From: Candidatus Puniceispirillum sp.
GTDB lineage: Bacteria > Pseudomonadota > Alphaproteobacteria > Caedimonadales > UBA1908
Direction of reading: 5' to 3'
Assembly: GCA_013822015.1 (NCBI GenBank)
Contig: PNJU01000004.1
Location: 28,685-92,684 of the forward strand
DNA length: 64,000 bases
In this document: one piece after another, positions 48,044 to 58,099 of the stretch
Numbering within the stretch: the first letter of the stretch is position 1
Layout of the letters: every line of letters begins with the position of its first letter
The notes under the pieces: model-generated
Seen by the model: the letters and a program-made list of their open reading frames with translations, nothing else
What the model was told of the DNA's origin: nothing
Database searches by the model: none
Position numbers and translations under genes: made by a program

Positions 48044-50815
48044 TTATTCCCATATACTGATGCGGTCGGTCTTTCGTTGAAAGGCGGACGCGAAGGATTT
48101 TGTGCGTGCCCGCAAAAGGATAAGGCGTCCCTCGGGGGTGCGGGTGTACACGAGGTCTGCTTGCCCCACGTATCGCTGCCACCGCTTCACAAAAAACGTC
48201 GCGTGTTCTTTGTTTTGACCCATGAGGGTGGGGACGCTGTGGTAATTTGTACGCAGGAAAGTTCCTATTTTGCTTGTATGAACAAGAAGATAGCGGGGAC
48301 TTTCTGGGGGACTGAGGAGCTCCTGCATGGCGTCCAAAAAGACTTTGCGCTCGAGGGCGGTTGCGCCCTCAAGGCCGCAGTAAAGAACGCCCATTTTGTC
48401 TTTCATGACCTGAACGCGCAGATTCTTGGGATTTGTTTTCACAAGGTCCATGCTCTGCAGTGTCTCAAGCACCGCCCAGGCTGCCTGCTTCATGGAGCCT
48501 TCAAGGGTGCCGTTACGCAGAAAAAGAAAGAGGGCTCTGAGGAGCTTAGGAAGGGCCAGAACACCTGCAACACCCAAGGACAGGGCAAGAAAGGCAAAGG
48601 GATTTTTTGACCCGCGCCCCGCGCCCAAAATGTGACTTGCCCAACTGCCTCCCCAAATCAGCGCGTTTAGGCAAACGGCCTTGAGGGTGTGGGCGTACAC
48701 AAACCCCATGGGTGCGTAGGTGGCCTCAAGTTTTTCACGCATCTCTGGTTTGGGGCTTGCCCCTTCCAAGGCGTCCTGCCACATCTGGGATAAAGTATCT
48801 CGTTTTTTGGCCCTCATAAGCGTTGCCTCATTGAGACGTGCAACGCCATTTTTCGACCAGTCTACCTTGGACAAATCAAGGCGCTTGAACCCATTTTCAA
48901 TGAGATAGGGCCGCCCATAAGACACGCCTTCAAAGGCACGAAAGCGCCTGCGTAAAAGGGTGACGTCTTCGCCAATGTGTTCTTGTACCTCATCGAATGT
49001 ATTGATTTCTTTGGTGGTGCCCTGCTCGCCGAATAAGAAATACCCTTGCCCGTCAAGGGGAACAAGATCAATGGTGGCCAGGTGCCAAATGTGGGACGTT
49101 TTATGGGGATCCTTGGCATGGGTGCGAATGGCACGTCCACGCATCTGGTTGGAAAGCATATAGGAGCCCACGTGGCTGGCAAGGATCAAGGTATTGAGAC
49201 TTGGTGCGTCCCATCCTTCACCCAAAAGCGCTTGGGTGCCCACCAGCGCTTGGATGGCACCCGCTTGGAAAACCTCCGTGATCAGCTGTACAATTTTTTG
49301 TTTCCCAACCCCGCGCATTTGAACGTTTAAGTACGCTCCGTCGTGGGGGGTGGGGGTGCATATCAAATGACTTGGATCAAGGCTTGCCTCGGCTGCTACC
49401 CGCTCAAGTACAGGGCGTGCGCACCTTGGTATCAGCACAAGGGATCCCGTGAGCAGGCCCAGCTTGAGGTCCGCAAGACCCAAGCGGCGCAAGGATTCAA
49501 AGATGGGCACAACGCCAATTTTTTGAGGGGGCGAGAGATTTTCCGGATGTCGCGGCAATTCATCCACGCGGATGTAGTCAGCCAGAATCACCATGCGCAA
49601 GTCTTGCCCCAGGGCGTCATATTCGGTTCTTGTGATCTGGGTGATGCTCTCAAGCTTGCCAAGGCTGGCAGCCAGCATTTTACCAATCTTGCGCGCGTGG
49701 TCGATGGTGACTTGGCGGCGCTCGATGGCACCAATGCGGGTGAGATCCTGTCGGATGGGCTCAAGAACCTCTTTGCGTGCCTCGAAGTGTGACGCGTGGG
49801 TATAGAGAACGTTTGTGAGGAGGGTTTCCAACCACTGGGGCGTGATGGGGGGCAGGGCCTCTTTGCCTGTGGCCAGGATTTTTGCCACGTCTGGGTGGGG
49901 TCTGTGACCACTTGCGTTGAGAAAGATGACCATGGCAGAGAAAAATGCGCTGTCGCCTAGAATGTCTTCCACATGTGTGAGGGGTGTGTGGATCCAGGGA
50001 TGGGTGGCAAGGATCTCCACAAAAGCGTTGTTCCTCTTAAGACTTTGAAGAAAATGAGATATTTCTTGTTTGAACTGTGTGAGTTTCTCGCGCTCCTTGC
50101 CCACAGGCAAAGAAAAGTGGATGTAGTCTTGGTGGGGACACAAGTCGCCCACTTTCACAAGCTCCGGCACGCTGATCTCGGCGTCGATGGGGCCACACAG
50201 GGCTTCGTACTTCTGCCACTGGGCGTACTCCACATCATGGGGAGGTGTTGCGGTGAGAGAGATAATATTTGGCTTTTGAAGGGCCGCCTCAAGTTTTGTG
50301 AGCGCTTTCCACCACTCGTTGCGTAGGTGATGGGCCTCATCCAAGATGAGCGTGCCTATGTTTTGGGTGATGAGGCCTTTGATAATCTCTTTTTCCCGTG
50401 AGGGGCTTGTTTTGCGAGGTGCGTTCCTTTCTTCGTCTTCTGGGGAAGGCTCTTGCGCGTCTGGCGCGCCCTCTTCTCCGCAAAAGGCAGCATGGAGCGC
50501 TTGATAGGTGATGACCGTCAAGGGTTGCGGCCGGCGCACGTCTGTGGAAATCCACGCAGGAAGCGGCGCGCCCCGTGGCAAAAAGAGGGCCTGCAGGCGC
50601 TCTATCCACTGATTGCGGATGGTGAGGGTTGGCGCCAGAATAAGCGTGGGCTTTGCGCGCCTACGCATAAGCTCCAACCCTAAAACCGTTTTGCCCGATC
50701 CAGGCGCTGCCACGATATGCAGGCGCCGATTGCCCAGGTGATCTTGGTGTTCCTCAAGGACGCGCGCTTGATAGTCTCGCCATTGTCCTTGAAATGAGAG
50801 GTCTGTGAACATCAT
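48044..50815 (-). CDS. SF2 DEAH-box helicase family protein (type III restriction res-subunit-like core) with a long C-terminal region
   Basis: 923 aa with motif I AAPGSGKT, II LILDEAHHL, III SLTATP and VI QMRGRAIR. The C-terminal third is unassigned and includes two hydrophobic segments. Confidence 0.85.
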   Translation of the reverse strand: MMFTDLSFQGQWRDYQARVLEEHQDHLGNRRLHIVAAPGSGKTVLGLELMRRRAKPTLILAPTLTIRNQWIERLQALFLPRGAPLPAWISTDVRRPQPLTVITYQALHAAFCGEEGAPDAQEPSPEDEERNAPRKTSPSREKEIIKGLITQNIGTLILDEAHHLRNEWWKALTKLEAALQKPNIISLTATPPHDVEYAQWQKYEALCGPIDAEISVPELVKVGDLCPHQDYIHFSLPVGKEREKLTQFKQEISHFLQSLKRNNAFVEILATHPWIHTPLTHVEDILGDSAFFSAMVIFLNASGHRPHPDVAKILATGKEALPPITPQWLETLLTNVLYTHASHFEARKEVLEPIRQDLTRIGAIERRQVTIDHARKIGKMLAASLGKLESITQITRTEYDALGQDLRMVILADYIRVDELPRHPENLSPPQKIGVVPIFESLRRLGLADLKLGLLTGSLVLIPRCARPVLERVAAEASLDPSHLICTPTPHDGAYLNVQMRGVGKQKIVQLITEVFQAGAIQALVGTQALLGEGWDAPSLNTLILASHVGSYMLSNQMRGRAIRTHAKDPHKTSHIWHLATIDLVPLDGQGYFLFGEQGTTKEINTFDEVQEHIGEDVTLLRRRFRAFEGVSYGRPYLIENGFKRLDLSKVDWSKNGVARLNEATLMRAKKRDTLSQMWQDALEGASPKPEMREKLEATYAPMGFVYAHTLKAVCLNALIWGGSWASHILGAGRGSKNPFAFLALSLGVAGVLALPKLLRALFLFLRNGTLEGSMKQAAWAVLETLQSMDLVKTNPKNLRVQVMKDKMGVLYCGLEGATALERKVFLDAMQELLSPPESPRYLLVHTSKIGTFLRTNYHSVPTLMGQNKEHATFFVKRWQRYVGQADLVYTRTPEGRLILLRARTKSFASAFQRKTDRISIWE

Positions 50816-50921
50816 GAGAGTTTAAGAATAATCGTAAGGCCAACCCTATCATAAAAGATCCCATGGGCGAGATTATTTCATGCTAAGATACTGGGGACAA
50901 AAACAGGATAAAGGGAGCAAC

Positions 50922-51197
50922 ATGCATAAGCGCCCCATTTCTTTCTTTAAAAGGCATCCGTTCTTAACATTTTTGGCCATGTTTGTGGCCGCGCTGTTTT
51001 TCGGGCTTTCGTCCTACAATCTTTTCTTTTTGATTCACCAGAATTTGTCCCTCATTACCCAGCATGGGGTGATGGCCCTTATGGACGGCGCCTTTGCCCA
51101 GCTTTTACAACTTGTGGCCAACGGATTTATCGCGCTTCTATCCTACGTCCTTTTTAAAATTGGTGAAAAAATTTTGGTGGAACATTTCGCCAAATGA
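50922..51197 (+). CDS. Small membrane protein, hypothetical
   Basis: 91 aa from the ATG at 50922, after an AAGGGAG ribosome-binding site. Two to three hydrophobic segments. Confidence 0.45.
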   Translation: MHKRPISFFKRHPFLTFLAMFVAALFFGLSSYNLFFLIHQNLSLITQHGVMALMDGAFAQLLQLVANGFIALLSYVLFKIGEKILVEHFAK

Positions 51198-51423
51198 ATG
51201 CCATTTTGGCGGTGGGGGGCTGCTCTTTGTGAAAAAGCAGTAATCCTCACACAGTATGATCATGTTAAAAACAAGTGATTTTCTCTGAATTGAGTTCTCT
51301 TTACGTGTTAATCAATTTCAATTTAATTAAAAATAAACAAAAATTTAAACTTTGGGCATTTTTGGTCTTGCGCGAGGGAGATTTTTTCCCTATTCCTACT
51401 AAGGTACTGACAAAACGCGAGAG

Positions 51424-51990
51424 GTGTGGGTGACGGGTTTAATTCTTCCAGACGTTTCGAGGCGGTCTTTTTTAAAGACAGGGCTTGTGGTGGGTGCAGG
51501 ACTCACCTTTGGTGTGCCAACCCTTTTGAAAGCTGCTCCTTTGGTTGAGCGCACACTTTATCTCTATAACCAACACACGGGCGAATGGTTCAAGCAAGTG
51601 TATAAGGCCGCAGGCGAATATGATCCTGACGCGCTCAAACTTTTGTCCCATATCATGCGCGACCGTCGTACGGGCAAAGAGCACCCCATGAATCCCGCGC
51701 TCTATGATCTTCTTGATAAGCTCCATACACCCTTTGGCAGCCACAGGCCCCTTGAGCTTGTGTGCGGTTACCGGAGTGCCGAAACCAACAAAAAATTGCG
51801 CTCCGCTGGGCGTGGTGTGGCCAAAAACAGCCTTCACATGTCGGGACGCGCGGTGGACGTGCGTCTGCAGGGTGTGAAGCTGTCCAAACTGCGCGACGCG
51901 GCCAGGAGTCTGCGCCTGGGCGGTGTTGGTTTCTACCCCAAGTCCAACTTTGTCCACGTCGACATCCGGGAAAAGCCTTATTACTGGTAG
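51424..51990 (+). CDS. DUF882/YcbK (MepK-like) peptidase M15 family protein with Tat signal
   Basis: SRRSFLK twin-arginine motif, SLHMSGRAVDV and FVHVD metal-ligand motifs. Confidence 0.8.
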   Translation: MWVTGLILPDVSRRSFLKTGLVVGAGLTFGVPTLLKAAPLVERTLYLYNQHTGEWFKQVYKAAGEYDPDALKLLSHIMRDRRTGKEHPMNPALYDLLDKLHTPFGSHRPLELVCGYRSAETNKKLRSAGRGVAKNSLHMSGRAVDVRLQGVKLSKLRDAARSLRLGGVGFYPKSNFVHVDIREKPYYW

Positions 51991-52058
51991 GCTTTCACTC
52001 GCCTCGCATTTTTGCTAGGCTTGGTGCACGTGAGTCTTTATAACAGCAAGGTAATGGA

Positions 52059-53330
52059 ATGGGTGATCTGTCCCACCTGACGGAAATCGCGCTGGTTGTG
52101 TCTGTGGCGCTGGCGTGCGGTCTTTTCTTTGAACGTTTCAAGCAACCGGCGATTCTGGGCTATATTCTGGCCGGAATCCTCTTGGGCCCATCCTTACTTG
52201 GACTCGTGCACGACCGCGCGGCCGTTGAATCCTTGGCTGAACTTGGCATTCTCATGCTGCTCTTTCTTATCGGGATGGAGCTTGATCTGCGCGCCCTCAA
52301 GGAAGTGTGGCTTGTCAGCTTACTGACCACACTATTCCAGTTGGGTGTGAGCCTACTTGTGCTTTTAGGTCTTGGTCAGGTTTTTGGCCTGCCTTTTGGC
52401 CTGTCCATCGTGCTGGCGTGTGCTCTTGCGCTCAGCAGCACGGCGGTTGCCATCAAGATGCTTGAAAACATTAATGAACTCACCACGCAAACGGGGCGTT
52501 TGACCATCGGTGTGCTCATTGCCCAGGACTTGGCCATCGTGCCCATGATCCTTATCCTGAAAGGTATGAGCGGCGGTTCCTTAAGTCCCCTCATTGCCGT
52601 GAAGGTGCTTTTTGCCATGGGGCTTTTGGGGGCCCTCATTTGGTACCTCAGTCGCAAGAGCCGCATTCACATTCCCTTTGTTAAGGTGGTGGCGGAGAAT
52701 TCCGATCTGACGCCACTGGCGGCCCTGTTGTTTTGTTTTGGGATGGCCGTTGTGGCGGGTGTCATGGGGCTGTCGGCTGCGTACGGGGCGTTTCTAGGTG
52801 GCCTTGTCCTGGGCAACACGTCTGAGAGTCATACTATGCTCAAGGTCACGCGCCCCATCCAAAGCGTCCTGATGATGGTATTTTTCCTGTCCATCGGGCT
52901 TTTGATGGATCTGGGGTACATCTGGGATCATTTGGTAAAGGTCTTGGTGCTCCTTGCCTTTATTACCATCGGAAAAACGGCCCTCAATATCTTCATTCTC
53001 CATGTGCTGCGCCAGCCCTGGGAACAAGCGTTCTTATCAGGTCTTGTGCTGTCACAGATGGGTGAGTTTGCCTTTTTGCTGGCCACAGTGGGGGCAGAAA
53101 GTGGCTTACTTGGAGACGACGGTAACCGCCTCATCGTATCGCTGGCGGCCTTGTCCCTGGCGCTGAGCCCCTTCTGGATGATTGCCGCCCGGCGACTCCA
53201 CGACGCAGCTCCCCAGGGCATCAGCAACTTAAATCAGCTCTTCTCCCTTATTTTTGGTAAGGAAATCAGAGCGCTCTCACGTATGGCAGACCGCTTGTCT
53301 GGCGAGAAGGATCCTTCTTCCGATGCCTGA
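52059..53330 (+). CDS. Cation:proton antiporter (CPA2/Kef-type membrane domain)
   Basis: 423 aa, about 12 TM segments, with a GYILAGILLGPS N-terminal motif. No KTN domain. Confidence 0.85.
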   Translation: MGDLSHLTEIALVVSVALACGLFFERFKQPAILGYILAGILLGPSLLGLVHDRAAVESLAELGILMLLFLIGMELDLRALKEVWLVSLLTTLFQLGVSLLVLLGLGQVFGLPFGLSIVLACALALSSTAVAIKMLENINELTTQTGRLTIGVLIAQDLAIVPMILILKGMSGGSLSPLIAVKVLFAMGLLGALIWYLSRKSRIHIPFVKVVAENSDLTPLAALLFCFGMAVVAGVMGLSAAYGAFLGGLVLGNTSESHTMLKVTRPIQSVLMMVFFLSIGLLMDLGYIWDHLVKVLVLLAFITIGKTALNIFILHVLRQPWEQAFLSGLVLSQMGEFAFLLATVGAESGLLGDDGNRLIVSLAALSLALSPFWMIAARRLHDAAPQGISNLNQLFSLIFGKEIRALSRMADRLSGEKDPSSDA

Positions 53331-53961
53331 TTTTTCCTTCGAAGACCGCCATGGCGCCCATGTGGCAGGCGTGGATGAGGTGGGGCGTGGTCCTTGGGCC
53401 GGCCCCATTGTTGCGGGCGCAGTAGTGTTTGAGCGAGGTGCCGTGTGCCCAAAGGCGCTTGCCCTTTTGAAGGACTCAAAAAAGATGACGGCGCGGGCGC
53501 GCCTTAAAGCCAGGGACGCCCTTTTTCATGAGGCGGAAAAAGAGCATCTGTGGTTTTGTCTGGGTGAAGCCAGTGTAGAGGAAATTGATGCCCTCAATAT
53601 CCACCAGGCGACCTTGCTTGCCATGGCACGGGCCGTTGAGGGGCTTGAACGCGCGCCTTCTTATTTGTTGGTGGACGGGCTTTTTGTGCCCAAAGGGTCC
53701 GTACCAGGCCAGCCCCTTGTGAAGGGTGACGATAAAAGCCTGTCCATTGCGGCTGCGGCCATTCTTGCAAAGGTATCCCGTGACACCCTGATGGGGGATT
53801 TAGCCTGCACCTTTCCTGGCTACGGTTGGGAAAAGAATGCGGGATACGGCACAAAAGCGCACCAAGAAGGCCTTGCCGCCCATGGGGTAACCCCCCATCA
53901 CAGACGATCTTTTGCCCCCATCGCAAAGCTTATATCTCAGGACACTTCACGCGCCGCGTAA
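53323..53961 (+). CDS. rnhB: Ribonuclease HII
   Basis: VAGVDEVGRGPWAGPIVAGAV and DSKKMT motifs. The ATG at 53323 overlaps the antiporter stop by 8 nt. Confidence 0.92.
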   Translation: MPDFSFEDRHGAHVAGVDEVGRGPWAGPIVAGAVVFERGAVCPKALALLKDSKKMTARARLKARDALFHEAEKEHLWFCLGEASVEEIDALNIHQATLLAMARAVEGLERAPSYLLVDGLFVPKGSVPGQPLVKGDDKSLSIAAAAILAKVSRDTLMGDLACTFPGYGWEKNAGYGTKAHQEGLAAHGVTPHHRRSFAPIAKLISQDTSRAA

Positions 53962-53966
53962 GCGCT

Positions 53967-55019
53967 TTATTTCAAACTGTTCATGTCAATGACGAACCGG
54001 TACTTAACATCTGAGCGCAACATGCGTTCATAGGCCTCGTTGATTTTGTCCATGGCAATGACCTCCACGTCGCAGGCGATATTGTGCTTGCCACAGAAAT
54101 CGAGCATCTCTTGGGTTTGGGCAATGCCGCCAATGACTGATCCCGCCACAGCTTTGCGCCCCATGATGAGAGACACGCTGTTCACCCCTGGCTCAAGGGG
54201 GCCAAGGTAGCCCACGAGTGTGAGGGTACCGTTCACATCCAAAAGGCCCACATAAGGGTTGACGTCATGGGCATAGGGAACGGTGTCCAGGATAAAATCA
54301 AAGGAGCGTGCGTGTTTTGTAAAGGCGTCCGCCTCGGTGGTGACTAAGATCTCATGGGCGCCAAAGCGCTTGGCGTCCTCGGCCTTGTGAGGTGAGCGGG
54401 TGAGTAGCGTCACGTGCGCCCCCATGGCACTGGCGAATTTGATCCCCATGTGGCCAAGGCCCCCGAGTCCCACAACACCCACACGTGTGCCGGGTCCAAC
54501 CCCCCAGTGTTTGAGGGGTGAATAGGTGGTAATGCCTGCGCACAAAAGGGGCGCCGTTTTTTCAATGTCCAGGGACTCCGGCACGCGCAACACGAAGCGG
54601 TCCTTAACCACAACGCAGGTGCTGTATCCGCCATAGGTGTTGGTGTGATCGATGCGGTCCGTGCCGTTATAGGTCATGGTGGCACCTTGGACGCAGTACT
54701 GCTCAAGGTCCTTTTCGCAGGACGCACACGCGCCGCACGCATCCACCATGCAGCCAACCCCCACCAAATCACCTGCTTTAAAGGTTGTCACCCCTTGCCC
54801 CACCGCGCGCACGCGCCCGACAATTTCGTGTCCCGGTACCATGGGGTACTTGGACCCTGGCCAATCGGCCTTTGCGTGATGGATATCCGAGTGGCACACG
54901 CCGCAGTGCGTGATGTCGATGAGCACATCATCGGCGCGTAAATCTCGCCTTGAAAAGTCAAAGGGTCCAAGGGGATCTTTTTCGTTAAAGGCAGCGTAGC
55001 CCTTTGCAGGAATGTTCAT
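53967..55019 (-). CDS. Zinc-dependent NAD(P) alcohol dehydrogenase (cinnamyl-ADH/YahK-like)
   Basis: GVCHSDIH, GHEIVGRV, and GVVGLGGLGHMG Rossmann motif. ATG at 55019. Confidence 0.9.
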   Translation of the reverse strand: MNIPAKGYAAFNEKDPLGPFDFSRRDLRADDVLIDITHCGVCHSDIHHAKADWPGSKYPMVPGHEIVGRVRAVGQGVTTFKAGDLVGVGCMVDACGACASCEKDLEQYCVQGATMTYNGTDRIDHTNTYGGYSTCVVVKDRFVLRVPESLDIEKTAPLLCAGITTYSPLKHWGVGPGTRVGVVGLGGLGHMGIKFASAMGAHVTLLTRSPHKAEDAKRFGAHEILVTTEADAFTKHARSFDFILDTVPYAHDVNPYVGLLDVNGTLTLVGYLGPLEPGVNSVSLIMGRKAVAGSVIGGIAQTQEMLDFCGKHNIACDVEVIAMDKINEAYERMLRSDVKYRFVIDMNSLK

Positions 55020-55195
55020 GGGGATCTCCAGTTGTGTGTGGATCATGAAAAGCATAGGGACAAAACCTTAATAAAAACTTAAATGCGTGGTGAGAGGGTC
55101 CGGATTATATGGGCTAGGCGTAGTTTTCTTGCGCTTGGCGCCCAGGTGTGGTTAAAGAAAGAAGACCTTCCTTCTTTTTTCAGTTTGATACGCCC

Positions 55196-58063
55196 ATGAC
55201 GACAAAACCTCCTCTTTTTGGCCTTCAAAATCTCAGTGTACGCGGCGCGCGCGAGCATAATTTGAAGAATGTGCATGTGGAAATCCCTAAGGGAAGCCTG
55301 ACGGTGATTACGGGCCTGAGTGGATCAGGAAAATCATCCCTGGCCTTTGATACGATTTACGCAGAAGGGCAGCGGCGCTATGTGGAGAGCTTGTCCGCCT
55401 ACGCGCGCCAGTTTTTAGAACTGATGCCAAAGCCCGATGTAGACAGCATTGAGGGGTTGTCTCCTGCCATCTCCATTGAGCAGAAAACTGCCTCACGCAA
55501 CCCACGCTCAACGGTGGGGACCGTGACGGAGATCCATGACTATTTGCGTCTTCTCTATGCCCGTGTGGGGGTTCCGTACTCCCCCGTGACGGGTCTGCCC
55601 ATCGAAAGCCAAAGTGCTAGCCAAATGGTGGACCGTCTGATGGAAAAGGCAGATGGTACAAAGCTTTATCTGCTTGCGCCCATCGTGCGCGGGCGTAAAG
55701 GGGAATACAAAAAGGAGCTCCAGGACCTGCGCAAAAAAGGCTTTGAGCGCCTCAAGATTGACGGCGCTTTCTATACCTTTGAGGATCTGCCCTCTTTAGA
55801 GAAAAACATCAAGCACACAATCGATGTCGTGGTGGACCGTGTGGTTGTGCGCCGTGAAAACGCCGACGAGTTGCGGGTGCGTTTGTCCGGCAGCGTTGAA
55901 AAGGCGCTTTTACTCTCCGACGGTCTTTTGGGTGTGGAAGAGATGGACACCCAAGAGGTGCAGATCCTGTCCTCAAAGTTCTCGTGTCCTGAGTCTGGCT
56001 TTACCTTGGAGGAAATCGAGCCACGCCTCTTTTCCTTCAACAGCCCCTATGGGGCGTGCAAAACCTGTGAGGGACTTGGGGTGCGCACGAGCTTTGCGCC
56101 TGAAAAAGTGGTGCCAAACAGGGCGCTCACCATCGATAAGGGCGCCATCGCGCCGTGGTCAGGGGGCTTTTCCTTTTACTACAACCAAATTTTGAAGGCG
56201 GTCATTGTCCACTGTCAGGATGACCCCTCCTTGCCATTTGGAAAGCTCTCTCCCAAAACCCAAGAGATGATCCTTTACGGAAGCGGGCGTGAGAAAATCT
56301 CCATGTCCCTCCAGATGACCGCCGATGATCCTAAAAAGCGCCACACGACCCATAAGCCCTTTGAGGGGGTGATTCCTTCCCTCGAGCGCCGCTTTTTGGA
56401 GACGGATAACCCTAAGCGCCGGGAAGAACTGGCCCACTTTCAAAACACCCAGGTGTGCGGCGCCTGTGGGGGCACAAGACTGCGTCCAGAGGCCTTGGCC
56501 GTGAAAGTGGCGGGCCTCCATCTGCCCCAGGTGAGTGCTCTGTCCATAGAAAACGCCCTTGCCTGGGCCAAGGATTTGAGCGCGCATCTGACCTCTTCCC
56601 AGAACCAAATTGCAGACAAGATCGTGAAGGAGTTGGTGGCAAGGCTAGGGTTTTTACAAAGTGTGGGTCTTGGATACCTGAGCTTAGACCGTGGGTCGGG
56701 CACCCTATCAGGGGGCGAGTCCCAGCGCATTCGCCTAGCCTCCCAAATCGGATCGGGACTGACAGGCGTCCTTTACGTGCTAGACGAGCCCTCCATTGGT
56801 CTGCATCAGCGCGATAATGACCGCCTTCTTGCCACCCTCACCCACTTGCGCGACTTGGGCAACACGGTCTTGGTGGTGGAGCATGACGCCGACACCATAC
56901 GCACGGCAGACTTTATTCTGGACATGGGGCCGGGGGCGGGTGTGCACGGCGGGGAGATCGTGGCCCAGGGGACCTTTAAGGAGATTCTCGCCTCCCCCCA
57001 GAGCCTAACGGGCGCCTATTTAAGTGGCACCAAAGAGGTGCCTGTGCCCCAAACCCCCCGCCCAGGAAATGGGTCATTTTTGACACTGAAAGGCGCGCGT
57101 GGGAACAACCTTAAAAACGTGGACGCGTCCTTTCCCCTGGGCACCTTTACCTGTGTGGCGGGCGTATCTGGGGGTGGTAAATCCACCCTTGTGGTGGAGA
57201 CGCTCTATAAAGCCCTTAATCAGCATTTTGGTATTGGGGACGAGGCGCCCCTTGCCTTTGAAAGTCTCAAAGGCGCTGAGCACATTGATAAGGTGATCGA
57301 TATTGATCAGTCCCCCATTGGGCGCACGCCGCGCTCCAATCCTGCGACCTATACGGGGATTTTTGGCCCCATTCGCGACTGGTTCGCGGGCCTTCCCGAG
57401 GCCAAAGCGCGCGGATATGGTCCTGGGCGCTTTTCCTTCAACGTGAAGGGAGGCCGCTGTGAGTCGTGCCAAGGCGACGGCGTGACCAAGATCGAGATGC
57501 ACTTTCTGCCAGACGTGTACGTGGAGTGTGAGCAGTGCCAGGGCAGGCGTTATAACCGAGAGACCTTGGATATTCACTACCGCGGCAAGTCCATTGCGGA
57601 CGTCCTGGATATGACCGTGGAGGAAGGGGCGCTCTTTTTCGATGCTATCCCAAGCCTGCGCGACAAGCTCAAGACCCTGGAAGGGGTTGGCCTGGGATAT
57701 ATCCAGATTGGCCAGCGTGCAACGACCTTGTCGGGAGGCGAGGCCCAGCGCGTGAAGCTGGCCAAGGAGCTTAAGCGGCGCGCCACCGGCAAGACCCTGT
57801 ATATCCTGGACGAGCCTACCACGGGCCTCCACTTTGAAGACGTGCGCAAGCTTTTGGAGGTGCTCCACCGTCTTGTGGACCAAGGCAACACCTTGGTTGT
57901 TATTGAGCATAACTTGGACGTGATCAAAACCGCGGACTGGGTGTTGGATCTGGGACCTGAAGGTGGGGACGGGGGAGGCCTTCTTGTGGCCACGGGCACG
58001 CCAAAGGATCTTGCGAAAAATCCCAAAAGTGTGACAGGGCCTTACCTGAAGCCGCTTCTTTAA
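55196..58063 (+). CDS. uvrA: Excinuclease ABC subunit A
   Basis: Two ABC ATPase modules ([18 protein letters not shown]), zinc fingers, and LSGGE signatures. ATG at 55196. Confidence 0.97.
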   Translation: MTTKPPLFGLQNLSVRGAREHNLKNVHVEIPKGSLTVITGLSGSGKSSLAFDTIYAEGQRRYVESLSAYARQFLELMPKPDVDSIEGLSPAISIEQKTASRNPRSTVGTVTEIHDYLRLLYARVGVPYSPVTGLPIESQSASQMVDRLMEKADGTKLYLLAPIVRGRKGEYKKELQDLRKKGFERLKIDGAFYTFEDLPSLEKNIKHTIDVVVDRVVVRRENADELRVRLSGSVEKALLLSDGLLGVEEMDTQEVQILSSKFSCPESGFTLEEIEPRLFSFNSPYGACKTCEGLGVRTSFAPEKVVPNRALTIDKGAIAPWSGGFSFYYNQILKAVIVHCQDDPSLPFGKLSPKTQEMILYGSGREKISMSLQMTADDPKKRHTTHKPFEGVIPSLERRFLETDNPKRREELAHFQNTQVCGACGGTRLRPEALAVKVAGLHLPQVSALSIENALAWAKDLSAHLTSSQNQIADKIVKELVARLGFLQSVGLGYLSLDRGSGTLSGGESQRIRLASQIGSGLTGVLYVLDEPSIGLHQRDNDRLLATLTHLRDLGNTVLVVEHDADTIRTADFILDMGPGAGVHGGEIVAQGTFKEILASPQSLTGAYLSGTKEVPVPQTPRPGNGSFLTLKGARGNNLKNVDASFPLGTFTCVAGVSGGGKSTLVVETLYKALNQHFGIGDEAPLAFESLKGAEHIDKVIDIDQSPIGRTPRSNPATYTGIFGPIRDWFAGLPEAKARGYGPGRFSFNVKGGRCESCQGDGVTKIEMHFLPDVYVECEQCQGRRYNRETLDIHYRGKSIADVLDMTVEEGALFFDAIPSLRDKLKTLEGVGLGYIQIGQRATTLSGGEAQRVKLAKELKRRATGKTLYILDEPTTGLHFEDVRKLLEVLHRLVDQGNTLVVIEHNLDVIKTADWVLDLGPEGGDGGGLLVATGTPKDLAKNPKSVTGPYLKPLL

Positions 58064-58067
58064 TGAA

Positions 58068-58099
58068 AGGCGCGCCGCAACCTCTATTGCAGCGCGCCT
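58068..58099. terminator. GC-rich hairpin between convergent uvrA and the 58098 gene
   Basis: GGCGCGC (58069-58075) pairs with GCGCGCC (58092-58098). No clean T-run. A near-identical element lies at 59588-59618. Confidence 0.4.

Noticed and set aside
47893-50815. Idea that the helicase gene is a tRNA-Arg-targeted genomic island
   Set aside because: The helicase lies on the 5-prime side of the tRNA, whereas islands normally insert at the 3-prime end. No integrase is present, and I found no direct repeat of the tRNA 3-prime end.
55020-55195. Search for an alphaproteobacterial SOS box (GTTC-N7-GTTC / GAAC-N7-GAAC) upstream of uvrA
   Set aside because: No match was found by eye. A TGTGGATCA (DnaA G-box-like) at 55036-55044 is a single isolated 9-mer.
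57074-57910. 278-aa ORF on the - strand
   Set aside because: It is antisense to uvrA. Shadow ORF.
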